The notes beneath the pieces were generated by a model that was not told the DNA's origin, made no database searches, and saw only the letters and a program-made list of their open reading frames with translations. Shown piece after piece: positions 1-13,696 of a DNA stretch of 64,000 nucleotides (the first letter of the stretch is position 1; each line of letters begins with the position of its first letter). Source of the stretch: Lingula anatina (taxonomy: Eukaryota > Animalia > Brachiopoda); assembly GCA_051362555.1 (NCBI GenBank), contig CM120646.1, positions 7,750,001 to 7,814,000 of the forward strand. The letters run 5' to 3'. The position numbers and the translations under genes were made by a program.

Positions 1-2710
1 TTTCCAAGCTACATAAAAAATTGTGAAAAAAAATACCAAAGATGAAAACGTCGGTGCTAATGACAACGTCTCACGTACAAATGGGTCCTGTCACACTTAT
101 TTCAGATACACCAAAAGCGATACAGTATAGAGTCTAAATATCATCAGCGATTGTAATTATAATATGATGAACAATATACACTTCCTTACTCACCCAATTG
201 CAGCGTAATTGGAATAACTCTGTGCAGTACAGTGTCAGTAAAATACAGTCCGAAGGTTTTTAAACCATAGTGTTAAAACATAGTTACATACTGGCTACAT
301 GACCTAGATCTGAATAAGTCAAATGTTTTAACACTATTAAAAGACGCAGGCTATGCGGAATGCATACAGTGGTCCGTTCATTACTTGCTATTTTAAAACG
401 AAATGGTTGCCTAATGTACTAATACTAATTTCAGCTATTCTCACTCGAGTATGAAACGTGTTACACATTTGTGGTCCTCTTTTCTGCATATCGTTTACGT
501 TAATGTTTCTTTGATGAAGATAGGAAAAAACAAGAAAAATCTCAGAGGACAAACAATTAACCAATGTGTAATCATTCAGTAATAAATTGGTCAACACCAA
601 AAGCTGAACAATTTTTTGATAGATTTTTTTTGTCCTTTCCTGAAAATTTTATCAAAATTCATCGATAAGTCTATGGACAATGCTGGTGACGAACAAAGAG
701 ACAAGCAGAAAGACAAGCAGATGAAAGATGAAAACGTTGCATACTTGACGGAGGTAATGGCTGGAATTCGAATGCTTCTTTTTTTTTTTAATTTTAGAAA
801 GTTGTCAGTTTTTCCATTATATGTAGAAACAGGCCGCTTTGTTAATAAAAAAAATAGAAGATGGACTCTGTATTCTCTGTAAAGATAAAAAAGTAGAAGA
901 TGAGCTTAATTTTTTTTTTGATTGTCCAATTTATATCTTATCTTTCACGACCTGGAGGAGGTTACAGAGAGACCTCAAGTGCTTTTTACAGACTTTCATA
1001 GAAGAACAGCGAGGTTTCTCTTTAACTGCTTTCAGGTCAGAAAGAAGTTGTTATATAAATAATGTTAAAACCGGTGACTTTGTAAGCCCATAGGGCTAGG
1101 ACGTTACATATATATGTATTCATATTATTGCATTATGTTTAATATTTGTATATATTCGGTATATATTCGATATAAATCAATTTAACTATTTGTTAATCGA
1201 AATAGACTTTTATTCCAATAGATATAAAACCCAACAATAGTTTGTTAAGAATACAGATATGGTTGGAGATATCATATTTCAGTAATAATGAAAACAAAGT
1301 TTATGACTGTCAAGAAGAAATTAATCTTTTTATTTGTAGCTATTTATAAAAATCGAATATGATAACAGCGGATAATCAGTATGGATTCGTAATAAATGCT
1401 TTTGTTATTATTCCTTATCCAGGTCTCCGAATTCACGATGTTCTAGTCATATATTACTATGGACTATTGTGAAGATACTCATTTTTGGGGCGATATACAC
1501 CTGTAAAGGCAGTGAGGATACTCAGAAAATCATGTCCAAGCTACATTAAAGATGCATACAAAGTCAATTTTTTGTCACAAAAACCAACCAAATGCCAGCA
1601 TATAGTTTCAAGTAGTATAACTAAAACAATTACCAAAAGGCATTGTTTAATTTTACCCGAAAATGATGTTTGAACGGATTTTTCTGCTGGCATTCTAACT
1701 TGTACATGTATATCAATGGGGCAGGAAAGTAGGTCACGAAAGTAGGTTAAATTTACAACCAATAATTTTAAGAAAGGAGCAGTCTAAAGGTCTTTTATGG
1801 CTGATCGAGTGATCTATTCAGTTTATCCCGTGGCATGTCGAATTTATTTGAGTCATATAAGAATCTAGTAGAAGTGGTTTACATGTGTTAATTACTGGGA
1901 ATCCACGCTCCACCGATGCTTGGTTCGTATGTACCTTTAAAATTATGAAAAAAATACCAAGGATGAAAAAGTGGGTGCTAATGACAACGCCTCACGTACA
2001 AACGGATCCCGTCACACATAATATAGATACACCAAAAGCGACACAGTATAATTACAGTACGATTATAATTATAATTTGATGAACAGCATACGATTTCTTT
2101 TCTCAGCCCAATGCTGGAATAACTCTGTGCAATACAGTGTAGGTTTTGTAGAGTCGGAAGGGATCCAGTATAATGGTTTCTACCTGGTCTAGCGTAGTGT
2201 TAAAACAGTCAAATACTGGCGACATGACCTAGATCTGTCAAAATCAAGCACTATGATTTTAGCACAATTAAGCACTATGTTTTAGCACAGGCAATGCGGA
2301 ATACGTACAGTGATCCTTCCATTACTTGCTATTTTTAGACGAAATGGTTTGCCTACTGTATTTACATCATCCATTCTCTCTCTCTAGTATAAATCATATA
2401 AGTAACAATTTACCCTCTTTTCTGCATATCGCTTACGTTGTTTCTTTAATGAAAACAAAAACTAGAAAATCTCAGAGGACAAATAGTTAACCAATATGCA
2501 ATCATTAGTTTATAAAGTGATCATCACCAAAATCTAAACACATTTTTGCTAGAATTTTGGGGTCTTTCCTGAAAATATCATCAAAATTCATCCATAAATC
2601 TTTGGAGAACGCTGTCGACGAAAAAAGAGACAAGCAGAAAGACAAGCCGGAGGTTAAAACATAACATACTTGTCGGAGGTAAATGCTTTTTTTGAAATTT
2701 TAGAAAGTTG
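1..2710. repeat. Diverged local duplication: ~1-790 recurs at ~1930-2710
   Basis: Collinear near-matches, e.g. AAATACCAAAGATGAAAACGTCGGTGCTAATGACAACG vs AAATACCAAGGATGAAAAAGTGGGTGCTAATGACAACG, and AAAATCTCAGAGGACAAA and AGAGACAAGCAGAAAGACAAGC in both copies. Confidence 0.75.
790..940 (+). mobile_element. Non-LTR retrotransposon 3' remnant
   Basis: Across a frameshift it reads LYVETGR...LCILCKDKKVEDELNFFFDCPIY, resembling the ETGR-CxxC-VEDE-H-CPxY C-terminal zinc-knuckle of CR1/L2/RTEX-group ORF2. Confidence 0.55.
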
Positions 2711-2748
2711 GCATCCCTGTATATGCAATGTTTGTTGTGCATTTAGGG

Positions 2749-5700
2749 CGTTTCACACCCAAACCCAATATAGAGGTGCATTTCACAAGTTCAAATCTCA
2801 AAAAATGAAATTGAATGAATTCGATGTATTATCCAATTTTTTTAAACGTACATGTGTGTAGAACAAAAATCCACAAATGTCCAAATTTTACGCTCACGCG
2901 TTTCTGTTTTGTGAGCAAATAAATTGATAGCCGTTTGAAGTGAAAAAAGCGTAAGAAAGAACATACGTTACCACTGAATCGCCTGATACAAACTCGATCA
3001 TTAGTTGAGCGCTGTGGAAATTTGTGCAAGCTAAACACTATCAGAACCCTATGAGTCATTAAGTGTGTGTCCACGAGAAAACCAACCCAAATGTAGAAAA
3101 TGCGGCAAGGTGGGGGTGAACGGATTTACATCATATTTGGTGTGTTTGAACCTTTATATGAACAATATCTGAGGCTGCAATATTTCCTGAAAAAAATCCC
3201 TACTTACAGAGATATGGCCAGTGACAATTTGGGGGTATAATCAACCAAAAATTCTTCTGAAAAACAGGGTTATATTGATTGGCCTTAAAGTTTATACAGG
3301 TGTCACTGAGTGACTTAGTTTGGTGATATATTATAACCTAAAGATAGGGGATTAAAATGATATACACTTTTTTCACTCTCTTTGTTTCCATGGTAACAAC
3401 CCAAGCGTTTTTCTCCGGCCTACAAACCACATGCTTTTAACACCCCCCTTCTATTTTTGACAATATCTTCATCTTCACAGGTCTTTGGGGTAAAGCTTGT
3501 TCAGGACTAACAGATAACTCATTAATCTATTTATACATGAAATCAAAACTTACTGCTGTTCTACAACTTGTCCGTTGTAACAGATAGAACATGACCTAAT
3601 TTCTTCATTTTTCGTCAATCTATCCGGACATGTATATCGGTGCAGTCAACTTCAGCTATCTCTTTCAAGTCAACAAATGGTTTAAAACACTGTTAGTTGA
3701 ACTTTTTTATTTTCATTTTACCTATTTATATTTTTTTCTGGTTAAAACAAGCATCTAACACATTTTAAAATCATGTGAAACTAATGTACTAACGTCAGAA
3801 CAACACAACGTCATTATCCAACATGGCGGAAATAGCAGACTGTTTCTTTGCACATCTTTCTCAACGAAGTCGTGTATCATGTGGTTTATACTCTGTGTAC
3901 AGATATAAAAAAGCATGTAGTGTATTGAAAAATTGCAACAGAGATATTAACAGTCATCTTCGTCGCGTTTACGTGGAGCAAAACAGCGTGAGTTACGAAA
4001 GCAAACTGATTCTTGTCAGGTGTGGATTATTTTGTCTCCGATGATCGCAATTGGACATTTCCAAGTATCTTTGGGAGAATGAATGGGTTACACCATGTGA
4101 CCAGCACTGGGATATGGGCTTGGTTTGTGCTGGAAACCATCCACACAGGGAAAAACGAGCCTATAACGAAATATGTCATGGGATTAACTTGCAGATGTCA
4201 GTGTAGACAAAAAGCCATTTGAATATACTGGTGCCACTTGGTTCAGGTAAGAAACCGGTGTGTTTGTATTTTAATACAGACTAAAAGCCAGAAAAAAAAA
4301 GTTCACTCAGAAAAATGATCTAGGTGTAATTTTTTAATGGTAAACGGTCCATTTTTAAAAAAGAAAAATGCCCCCTTTCAAATAATGAAATTGCAGCCTA
4401 AGGACCTGTGATAATTTTCTTTTAAGCTATCTTTGTGTGGGTATTTATGTAGGTTTAATGTATTTGGGTAAAATAAATGTAAGGGTAACAATTGGAATTA
4501 GATTGAAGCTATGGCTGGTCTTGGCAAAATTGCTAGGCTCCTCATAATTAATATTCGAAACCATGCCTTACTTATAAAACATGGACAAATGGGATAATAA
4601 TTTATTTTTCATCAATGTATCAATTAACTTTCAGATAAGTGTTTGTATGTGTCTATATTAAGCTATATTTATATTTCAGGCATATTTGAGAAGTGTTATT
4701 TGACACACAGTGATCTTATGGTCAGCAAGAGTCCAAAGCCTTGCAGAAACTGAAACTAGTGTGGAAATGACGGCTGTTGTAGAAAGGCATATGTGTAAAT
4801 GAAAGCCACAATATAACAAATGCCGAGGAGATGCATGAGGCCCTAGTTTCTGCAGTTGGAGCCATTTTCTACATCCAGCTAGACAGACATCTTCCAAACC
4901 TGCGTGGACTGGAGTGTCCAATTACAACAGTTTAACTTTCTTGATTCCTACAACATGAGAAAAGGTGTCTCCCTTCCTTGAGCAGTTTTAACATGAGTGA
5001 TACTGATGTTAAAGTTAATTTGGATTTTTCTGAGGCAAATGTGCCAACTGGAACCATACCAAGCAAGATCACAAACAAGGAAATTTTTCTTGTCCAGAGA
5101 AGTCTTCTCTGAAATCTTTTGCTACCAAGACTGAAGAGTAATTGTAAGGTCCTTTTTTTAGACCACAGTTATGAAATGTGCCAAAAAAACAGCTTTTGAT
5201 CAAATTAAAGTCTAGTGGGCCAACAATCTGACTAAAGAAAAACTTAAAGCACATCAGCTGTGAGAGAACTCCACCCTCTTGAATATCTCACTGAGTTACA
5301 CAATGGATGAGCTTTAAAGTCATCTAAACCTTTGAAACTATATTCAAATAAAGTAAAGGAGTTTTACTGAATGAGTTTAGAAGGGCACAAGAAACAGGCC
5401 AGCAGAACCTAGCATTTGTGAGCATGAAGATGAGATTGAAATGTCAGTAAGGAGGGTTACAGACTAATCAGGAAGAAAAATGTATTAAAAACTTTGATGT
5501 TATGAGCTGTAATGTTTGATATAAAACTGCAAAGATGTTTCATAACACCAGGATATATTTTGCAGTTGTGTTAGTTTTGCTTTTTGAATAGAAAATTATC
5601 TTGTTTTGCTACATTATGATATAGTTTGTAATGATCACAACTAATGTTGCACTGCTTTGCATGTATTGCTGTATAACAATTTTGTGATTTTTTTATTATT

Positions 5701-8700
5701 TGTAATTATTCATCTGAGACAACAATAAACTAAATTGAATAATTTTTTAGTTACTGTATGCTCATAAATAGTCACCAAAAAGTGGTGTGGATGATTAAAA
5801 AAACCTTTTGATAATTAAAAAAGATTTGTTCTGGCTTTGCTCTCATAAATACTATGGCATATCCTGATCTCTATATGATAAATATTGCACCAAAAAGAAA
5901 TCGCTACTAAACTAAGATTTTAATTTGTATTCACCAAATTGATGATATTAAAAATATATATATATATATTAAAATTATCATGTAAACTCTCAAGTTAATT
6001 GCCAGTGCCTATCCAAAGTAACAGAATCTAAGATTTATTTCCTCTAAACTTTTTGTCCATACAAATTAAAAAGTCCATATATGGCAATTTACAAATATGA
6101 AGCCCAGTGACCTTGACCTATGACCCACTGACCTGATAATCATTAGTACACATCCACTTTCCATGCTCACCAGCCCTATTGATTTAGTAACATTATTGTA
6201 GAGCAAAATGGTTTAATATATTAATCAAACCCATTGTCTACATAGACTTGGAATGAATCCACCATGATTTTTTGCCTTAAAAATGGCCAACTTTGGGGGT
6301 ATTTTTCAGTACCTGTTTTTATACAGCAGTAACTTTTGAAACTTGATTTGGAGTGATCCATATCTGCCTAAAATATTCATGCAGTTTTATAGCTGTAAAC
6401 CCTGTGAAGATGGAGATATATGCAATTAAAGATGGTAGTATCAAAATTGGACTTTGGGGGGAGGGGTGTTATAAATGGGTGTGGCTCGCCCAAGCAGGGT
6501 CTTATCTGAATTCTACATATATCTGTGGCAAGCCAAATGATTGTTTTTAATGTTTGTAAGGTCTAATATTTTTTAGTTTTCTCCATTTTTGTTTAATTTA
6601 CACAAAATATATCATTATTTTTCCAAGGTAAAAATGGAGTCTCAAAGAGGCTACATAAGCCATGACTTATAATAGGCTATAATTCTCTGAAGAAAGGATA
6701 TTTTTGGGATTCCTTCCTAACTCATGAATAACTTCCTAATATGCCTCCATACAACAAATTTGGTTGAAATCCGCTGACCCCCACCTTGCCACCCTGGGCT
6801 GGTTCTCTCGTGGACGAGCTCTTAATAATGGAAAAGTGTTAGGAAAATACATTTAAATTGATCAGATCTAGGAAAATTACTTTCAAACTAAAGATCATTT
6901 TTTCTTTACAATTTCCACGTTGATGACTCTTTCAATGGCAGTAATTGTCAATTGTATAGAGATTTGAAAACTTTGTTACCTAAAAGTTATCTACCACTGA
7001 TCATATTCGTCGTGAATTTAAAACTCATTGACAATTTCAAATTTTGGGTGTATTAGTTACAATACCAACTACGCCTCGCATCCTTCGCATACCGTAATGT
7101 AACGTATGTTCCACAGCCATAGAAAAGATACGGGGCACGAGTTTAATAAATATTGATAAGATATTTTTTCGCTTTTTTTTCGTAGAATTAATTGAGGTGT
7201 TTAAAAGAAACTCAGACATCAAAAGTGATAACCTATTACAGCCTGTACACAAACACGATCCGCGTATCAAACGTCTAAATCATTTGCATGTAAAGAAATA
7301 CAGATCTCAGAAACATCTAACCTACCACCTCTTTAAACGAAGCCTTTTTCAACACACCTATAGGTTTTCCAATACAGCAGAGAATTCGTTCAAAATTAGC
7401 TTTACTATCCTCTCTGAAAGGTCTAAATTGTCTTGCGGATTTTGGCACTTTTGGGAATTAAAAAAAAGTATATATGTAATGTTTGTTCCATTTATAAAAA
7501 GTAATTGGCTCACAAAATTACGTTTTAGGTCTTTCCATTGAGTGAGTATAAGAAACAGATATCACTTTAGAGTTCAAGAGTCTCGATATAGTCCTTATCA
7601 GTCGCTATTTAAGACAAATTATAGGCTGCATGATTTCTTGTAAAAGTTTTCTTGAGATTTCTTAGATGTTCATACTGTGTTTTTACTCTGCCAACGTGCT
7701 CGATGATTTTTTTTTTTATTTTGGTTACTGGCGCTCTTGCGCTCTACTATAGTCGTCTCGTTCAAAAAATCGTATACAGCTTGCCTTTTTTCCCTGCTAC
7801 TCCCATCCGTCGACCTTTCGACCTGTTCATCCCCTTTTCGCGAGTTCTCGACCAACGATTCCCGGCAAATGCCAGTAGCAGCGGAAAGAAATCTGAGACA
7901 ACGGTGCGCCTTCGCAATCTTCTCAGCCACTCTATTATGCAAAATTTTCATCTTACTTCTTGGTGTAACTCGTTAAACTTGACCCACTGTAGCTAAAAAA
8001 ACATTTTCTATAAGTAGTCATATTTTTAGGATGATTAGTCTTATTGAATATTATATGTATATATGATATTATTTTCATCCCTAAGGATAAAGGCAACAAT
8101 TTGCTACATTGTTATTATTGCTAAAATAATTAGGGTAGTGGGGTTATAAAATAAAAGCGGCCTTGTTTGACTAAATCTTGAACAATCGATATTCTTTGTT
8201 GCCTTCTTTTTGTTATAAATAAGACTATGAAAGTTTGTGGTACACTGGGATGGAGGTGACATAAAAGTAATTGCTTCTGCACAGTGTTAGCTTGGGTGCA
8301 TAGCCTGCTGTATGATGCGTTCTGTCTTAATTTTGGGGCATGTGGGAAATTCAGGTGGTTCCATATTTCGTCTTCTACAATGGCTGAATCGTTGCCGGAT
8401 AGCATTCTCCCTCTTGCTTATGGCATTAACCTGTATTATGTGATTGTAGTTCTTTAATAGTTCATTGTGACTGCATTCAGTTTCTTCTCAATCGTTTCCA
8501 CGTTGTGACCACCTTGCACACACAACAAGTGGTGATTGCTGTGGACTTGCCTCGGCAACTTCTATAGCAGCTAGGAGCTTTTCTTTTCTTTGGTGAAGTT
8601 TTCGTTTTCGCGATTTAGTCTTCGCATGTCTCTTTTGTCTTTCACGACATTTATAAGGAGGCGGAAGGCAGGCCTACATAGTATTTTGAACCCGTTTCTT

Positions 8701-9883
8701 TCGCTTCCAAATAAGCGTCACTCTCGTTTCTTTTTTACGAGATCGATATTATTTTTAAATCTCAGCTCTTGTTTTTGCATTTTTCTGAAATAATGATGTT
8801 CCCGTTCGGTATCAATGTATTTGGCACTGCGCTCAATGCGCTCGTTGGCGATTATTTTTTCCTTGTATAGTTTTGTTTGACATTTATTTCCGTCTTGGAC
8901 ATTCATTTCTGTATTTGAATTTAATTTTTTATTACGACAAAATCATTCACTTCGCCTACATCGTTACTGAGGATTTTATGGATTTATTTACACTTGTAAC
9001 TAACCTCATCTAATCTTTAGCTCGAGCAGACGTCAGAAAGAACCACCTGACATCTCAAACAGAAGCTATTTTTTCTTTCGGAGCCAGTTTCGGGCACAAG
9101 TAGATTTTCACTGGTAACGTATGTTCCGGTAACGTATGTTCCAGGCCACCTAATATTTATTTTCATAACGTGTTCTTATATATTTTGAAGTGATTCGATC
9201 ATGTTAAATTAAATATGACGTAAGGACGTTTTTTTATAAATATTTAAACCGTAACTAATGGGGCCTGCGTCATAGCTTATACTAGGTAACGTATGTTCCC
9301 TAGGAAAATTGACAAAATGTTTCATTTTGTACAAGTACTTGGTGCAAGAGAAAACAATGTTTTCTTTTGTTGACAGAAAAATATATCGTGATTCCATGAT
9401 AGTTTGACATTTCAGATATAATATTTGGAGCACGAGGGGAAAAATAATTTATTAAATGCTTATTTTACTGTCGGTAGTGTGTATTTTCCCCGTTTTTTTT
9501 AATATTCAGTGACAGGCAAACTTAAGTCGCTAAAAAACAATTAACTGCTCTATACAAGAGCTTTTTGTAATTTTTCACAACGTTATACTTGTAGGAGATA
9601 AATTCAAGAACAAAAGCCGTGATTATTGAATTTTCAAAGTGATTAAAACGTTTCCACAGCTAGACGTAATGCATTTGTGACAGTAACGTATGTTCCTTTT
9701 TGGGGTTAGATGATGAATTATTTTTTATTATTCGTGGTTCAAGGAAAGTGAAACTTTAATACAAACTTCTTTATGTGGGACCCTAAAATAATCAAACATA
9801 GTTTGTAATCTGTGCACTACAGATTTTTAGGAACATGTCTGTGACATCGTTTGCACCTCTATATTGGGTTTGGGTGTTCAACG
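2749..9883. mobile_element. Old TIR DNA transposon (possibly Sola group) containing a nested element
   Basis: Imperfect ~33-bp TIRs: CGTTTCACACCCAAAACCCAATATAGAGGTGCA at 2749 and TGCACCTCTATATTGGGTTTGGGTGTTCAACG ending 9883. Motif GAACATACGTTAC occurs at ~2959 (+) and inverted at ~7099, 9115, 9129, 9286, 9683. Stop-interrupted minus-strand ORF remnants at 7670-8906. No TSD recognisable. Confidence 0.5.
3063..6821 (+). mobile_element. Degenerate Sola3-like DNA transposon
   Basis: TTAA on both sides (3059-3062, 6822-6825). TIRs GTGTGTGTCCACGAGAAAACCAACCC and revcomp of right end GAGCTCGTCCACGAGAGAACCAGCCC, with further inverted matches (GGCAAGGTGGGGGT, CGGATTT). Frameshifted Cys/His-containing ORF pieces from 3823. 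GAG termini with TTAA TSD match the described Sola3 group; family call is from recall. Confidence 0.65.
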
Positions 9884-10251
9884 TAAAGTCCAATTGCTAT
9901 GGCATATGCATAACTTGCTGCGACGATATAGATGTATATCCACCATCTTTCTACTGAAGTCGGCCATTTCCACCCTTCGAAAAGAAAGTGAAAACATCAG
10001 TATGCAATATAAATACACATAACTTATATTATATGTTATTATGCTTCCTGCCATTTTCATTCCTAACAAATATTTGTTTTGATTATGATGTTTTTATATG
10101 ATGGGGGATATTTGAACCCTGCACCGTCAAATCAAGTCAGTAATGTAACACACGTAGAAATTAGTTATAAAAACCAATTCAACTGTAATAAAGTTAACCT
10201 GACCGGAGCAAATGTCACTAACCACGTGATCAACTGACCTTGACCACAACC

Positions 10252-10794
10252 TCAACCACGGAAAGGACCCCAGAAAAGTTTAGCGGGTGTATCTGCAGTT
10301 ACTTGGAAATAATCCGTTCCAGCTTTTACGAACTCTTCCTTGCTGATCATCCCATCGTGATTGGTGTCCAGTGCCTCGAAAGATGGAGTCACCGATAGGG
10401 GGTGTACGCCGTAACATTCAAGAAAAGCAGTGTACTCGGATAGGGAAATCATCCCGTCACTATTGGCGTCCGCAGAGTCGAAGAAAGCAGCAAGACATTG
10501 TTCCGCTGACTGGTGGAAGTTCGGATCACTGAGATAGCGAGAATGGATTTGAATCATATCATCTATGTTGACGTTGTCATTGACCGCCTTGTCGGCCCAG
10601 TAGAAGTCCCAAGCCGCCGACCACAGTGGGATGTATGCCTCCGCTTTCTCCTTGGGCATGAATTGACTCACTCTCCCAGCAATCCAGTCGACGTAATCTT
10701 TCTTGTTGACCAATCCGTCAAGATCTCTGTCAAAGAGGACGAAGAAAGATCGCATTTTACGCACCCAAAAGTTGGGGTAGGGAGCTGCTGCCAT
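10252..10794 (-). CDS. SCP: Sarcoplasmic calcium-binding protein (SCP; EF-hand, SCP/calexcitin/photoprotein superfamily), 180 aa
   Basis: Uninterrupted ORF. EF loops DRDLDGLVNKKD, DANSDGMISLSE, DTNHDGMISKEE with a degenerate second site. N-terminal FWVRKMRSFF and C-terminal KLFWGP resemble annelid SCP (LWVQKMKTYF...KVFWGPL). A splice acceptor (ttccag) lies 6 nt upstream of the ATG, implying a 5'UTR intron. Confidence 0.92.
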   Translation of the reverse strand: MAAAPYPNFWVRKMRSFFVLFDRDLDGLVNKKDYVDWIAGRVSQFMPKEKAEAYIPLWSAAWDFYWADKAVNDNVNIDDMIQIHSRYLSDPNFHQSAEQCLAAFFDSADANSDGMISLSEYTAFLECYGVHPLSVTPSFEALDTNHDGMISKEEFVKAGTDYFQVTADTPAKLFWGPFRG

Positions 10795-11122
10795 TTTGTT
10801 CTGGAATTAAAGCCATCATTAGAACATTTCTTCTCTTCCAGGTAATGAAAGAAAGCAGCAGTATCTGTTGGCGTTGGTAGAGGAATCTAAAAGATTAGAA
10901 CAGTCTTGGGCAAAGCTCGGTCAACCTGTCGAGGGTGTTAGGTCTTTCCATCAAGCTGAAAACTGGCCCCGTAACTCGAAAGCATTGTATATTGCGAATA
11001 GCGATATCACATCGCTACAATGTATTATATTGGGCGAGTATGGGCGAGTTATGGAATCCAGACGATTGCGCTCGGTCGCAATGCGCGATGCTTTCGAGTT
11101 ACGGGGCCCTGGACAACATAAT

Positions 11123-11290
11123 CAGGCCCGTAGCCAGCAATTTCAAAAGGGGGGTTCTTTTTCTGAAAAAGTGGACCTTTTTCCATAAAAACTTAATGAA
11201 CCCAGATCAAATTTTACCAAGAGTGGACCTTTTCCCACCTAAAGGGGCGGTTCTTTCGAACCCCCCGAACCCCCCCTGGCTACGGGCCTG
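11123..11290 (+). mobile_element. MITE with 5-bp TSD (hAT5-like), copy 1
   Basis: TIR CAGGCCCGTAGCCAG...CTGGCTACGGGCCTG, flanked by ATAAT (11118-11122, 11291-11295). Confidence 0.85.
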
Positions 11291-13696
11291 ATAATCTTGA
11301 TACGTTTATATTATTAATTAACTCATTCATTTCTTATATACAGCTTCAGTTATACTTACTTTTTTACAAATGCAATAAGTTCAAACAGGGTCCTCTCTCA
11401 AAATATTTTCTCCTTCTGTCTTATTTATGAAAACAAGCCACATAAATGAGATGAGACTGCCCGGTGCTGAGCTCGCATGAAAAGTGGCGGACAGATAGTT
11501 TTACCTTTTAATTTTCCCCAAGGCACGCAAAACGGTTGAAATGAGATATGGTGTCTTTGTACTGGGCCAGACAGTCATTATCTTCACAGGCTTATTGTGA
11601 AACTAGTAAAATATGTATAGTTCCTCTCACCAGTGGTGAAGAATTTGGGTTAAATTAAGTGAGACACAACGGCGCTTTCGAATATGAATTTGTTAACAAA
11701 GATGGGCTTCGAAAAAAGTAAAAACTACTAGCATATACTTCTGCACTGAAAATAGGGTAATAATTGTTTACTGGGTAGCAAGAGCATTGAGGATCAAAGC
11801 AAAGGATTTTCATCTTTTTTATTTTTAGGTTTTTGTGTGGATATGATACCCAAAAACATAGCTCATGTTGAATGATATCTTTTAAACCTAAATTGATAAT
11901 GTGTTTTAAGAGTTTGTCTACCTGCACATATTGTGTCCAAGCCTACAACTAAACTACGCCTCCGTTGTATATGACCGCCGGTACAGGTGTGTGACCCTGT
12001 GTGTGTGTGGGGGGGGGGGGGGGGAGGTTAATGACAGAAAATGAGTTATGGGCCCATTATTTATGTGGTAACAGGTCAGGAGGTTATTGACTCTAAGCTG
12101 AGTTACTCCTCAAGCTTGCAGATAGCAATTTGCCAGTCAAGATCGTTCGATTACTGTCATCATTTTGGAAGGCAGGAAAATGAAGGTCGCTATCTACGTC
12201 GAGAAATCTGAAAATGATATTTAGTCGCAACGACGGCACACCTCAGGAATCCGCAATCAGCCCACTGCTATCCCTAACATGTTAGAGCGCCTTATCTATA
12301 GCTGTGTGCTGACGACTTAGAAATGTGGAAGTCATGAAGAACACCAACTACATTAAAACGTCCCTTCGTTATTTAAAGTGCACGGGTAAAGCCGAGAAAA
12401 CTTAGTAGTTCATGATGTTGTTCATGTTGCTTTGCAAGGAGGCGTGTCAGACTATTAAGCTGAGATAGATAGATTCTGCTGGACCGACAGCTTTTTATCT
12501 GATCACAGCATGAACACAGCCTTAGATAAGTCATTTTACCTGAACAAGTATATTAATATATATTATTAATCGAGGGATTCAGTGACCTCTCTCTCTCTCT
12601 CTCTATGTGGTGTTGTAGTAGCGGCTTTAATTTTTTTTCTTTTTTTGCGCAGTACACATAATGAGCTTTTTGACTGAAACATATTAAATAAACCAAGAAA
12701 ATACAATATACAGATCGGAATTTTATGACTTCTCTAAACTTACAATACATCCTATACATAAGATTTGATATTACATCGCATGAATGTCAGACACTGTTCT
12801 CAAATCAACGCACGCTTTACAGCTGACGATTATAACCGACAATATACCATCTTGAGTTAGGACAAAAATTTATCAACTATATTCACCCCTTGCTACTATA
12901 AACGAAATAGAAAGGTGTAATTTGATGGACCATATTAACGATAAGTGGCCCTTTAATGACGTCACTGTTTATCCACGACTATAAAGCGTTCTATTTTTTA
13001 ACACAATTTTTGTAAGTTATGAAAGGGCATCAGTTTTTTCTATATCAATATGATTAAATGAGTACCAGTATTCTAATTATTTTGCAATTATTTCAGATTA
13101 ATTATCAATTATACCTGTGACGTACCTTCGGCAAACCCCCTCCAACAGAATTGTCAGGACGTCGGCTCCTCTGGCGTCTGACTCATAATTCATTAACGTT
13201 AACTATATCTGAACGACTTTTATTCAGTAGAATGACAAAGTGTTTGAGCGTCAGTAATGTCTGCCAAGATGTGCTTTTTACCAGTAGGGCAGTTAAAATG
13301 CCTATGTGCACTATTTGTTTGGAAATTTTATATTAACTGTAGCTATTACAGGCGTATTCATTACGTAAATACCATTACTCAACACTATTCAATGTTTATC
13401 ACTAATACGCTTCATTCCTTTTATCAGACAGTCCTTCAATAAATGCGGCCGTCATCGGCCAAATTTCCAATATCATACATGAGTTTGTTTTATTATTTTA
13501 ATAAGTATGTCATATTATTTAAGTAGGTTTAGATCAAGGAAGACATCTTTATTAGACTGCCGTGGCCATCGAGCGTCTTGCACGGTCCACTACGGTAACA
13601 TATGCTTTCTCTTAAAGTGTTAAAATACCGCGTTAAAATGAGTCTAGATGTAACTCCATACGACTTTTTGGTGTGTAATTGTGTGATATTATACAG

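Noticed and set aside
10252-10794. Aequorin-type photoprotein
   Set aside because: Length and terminal motifs fit annelid-type SCP. Photoprotein-specific residues cannot be established by eye.
10868-11291. Plus-strand ORFs of 106 and 118 aa
   Set aside because: They run through a MITE and show no recognisable domain or splice structure.
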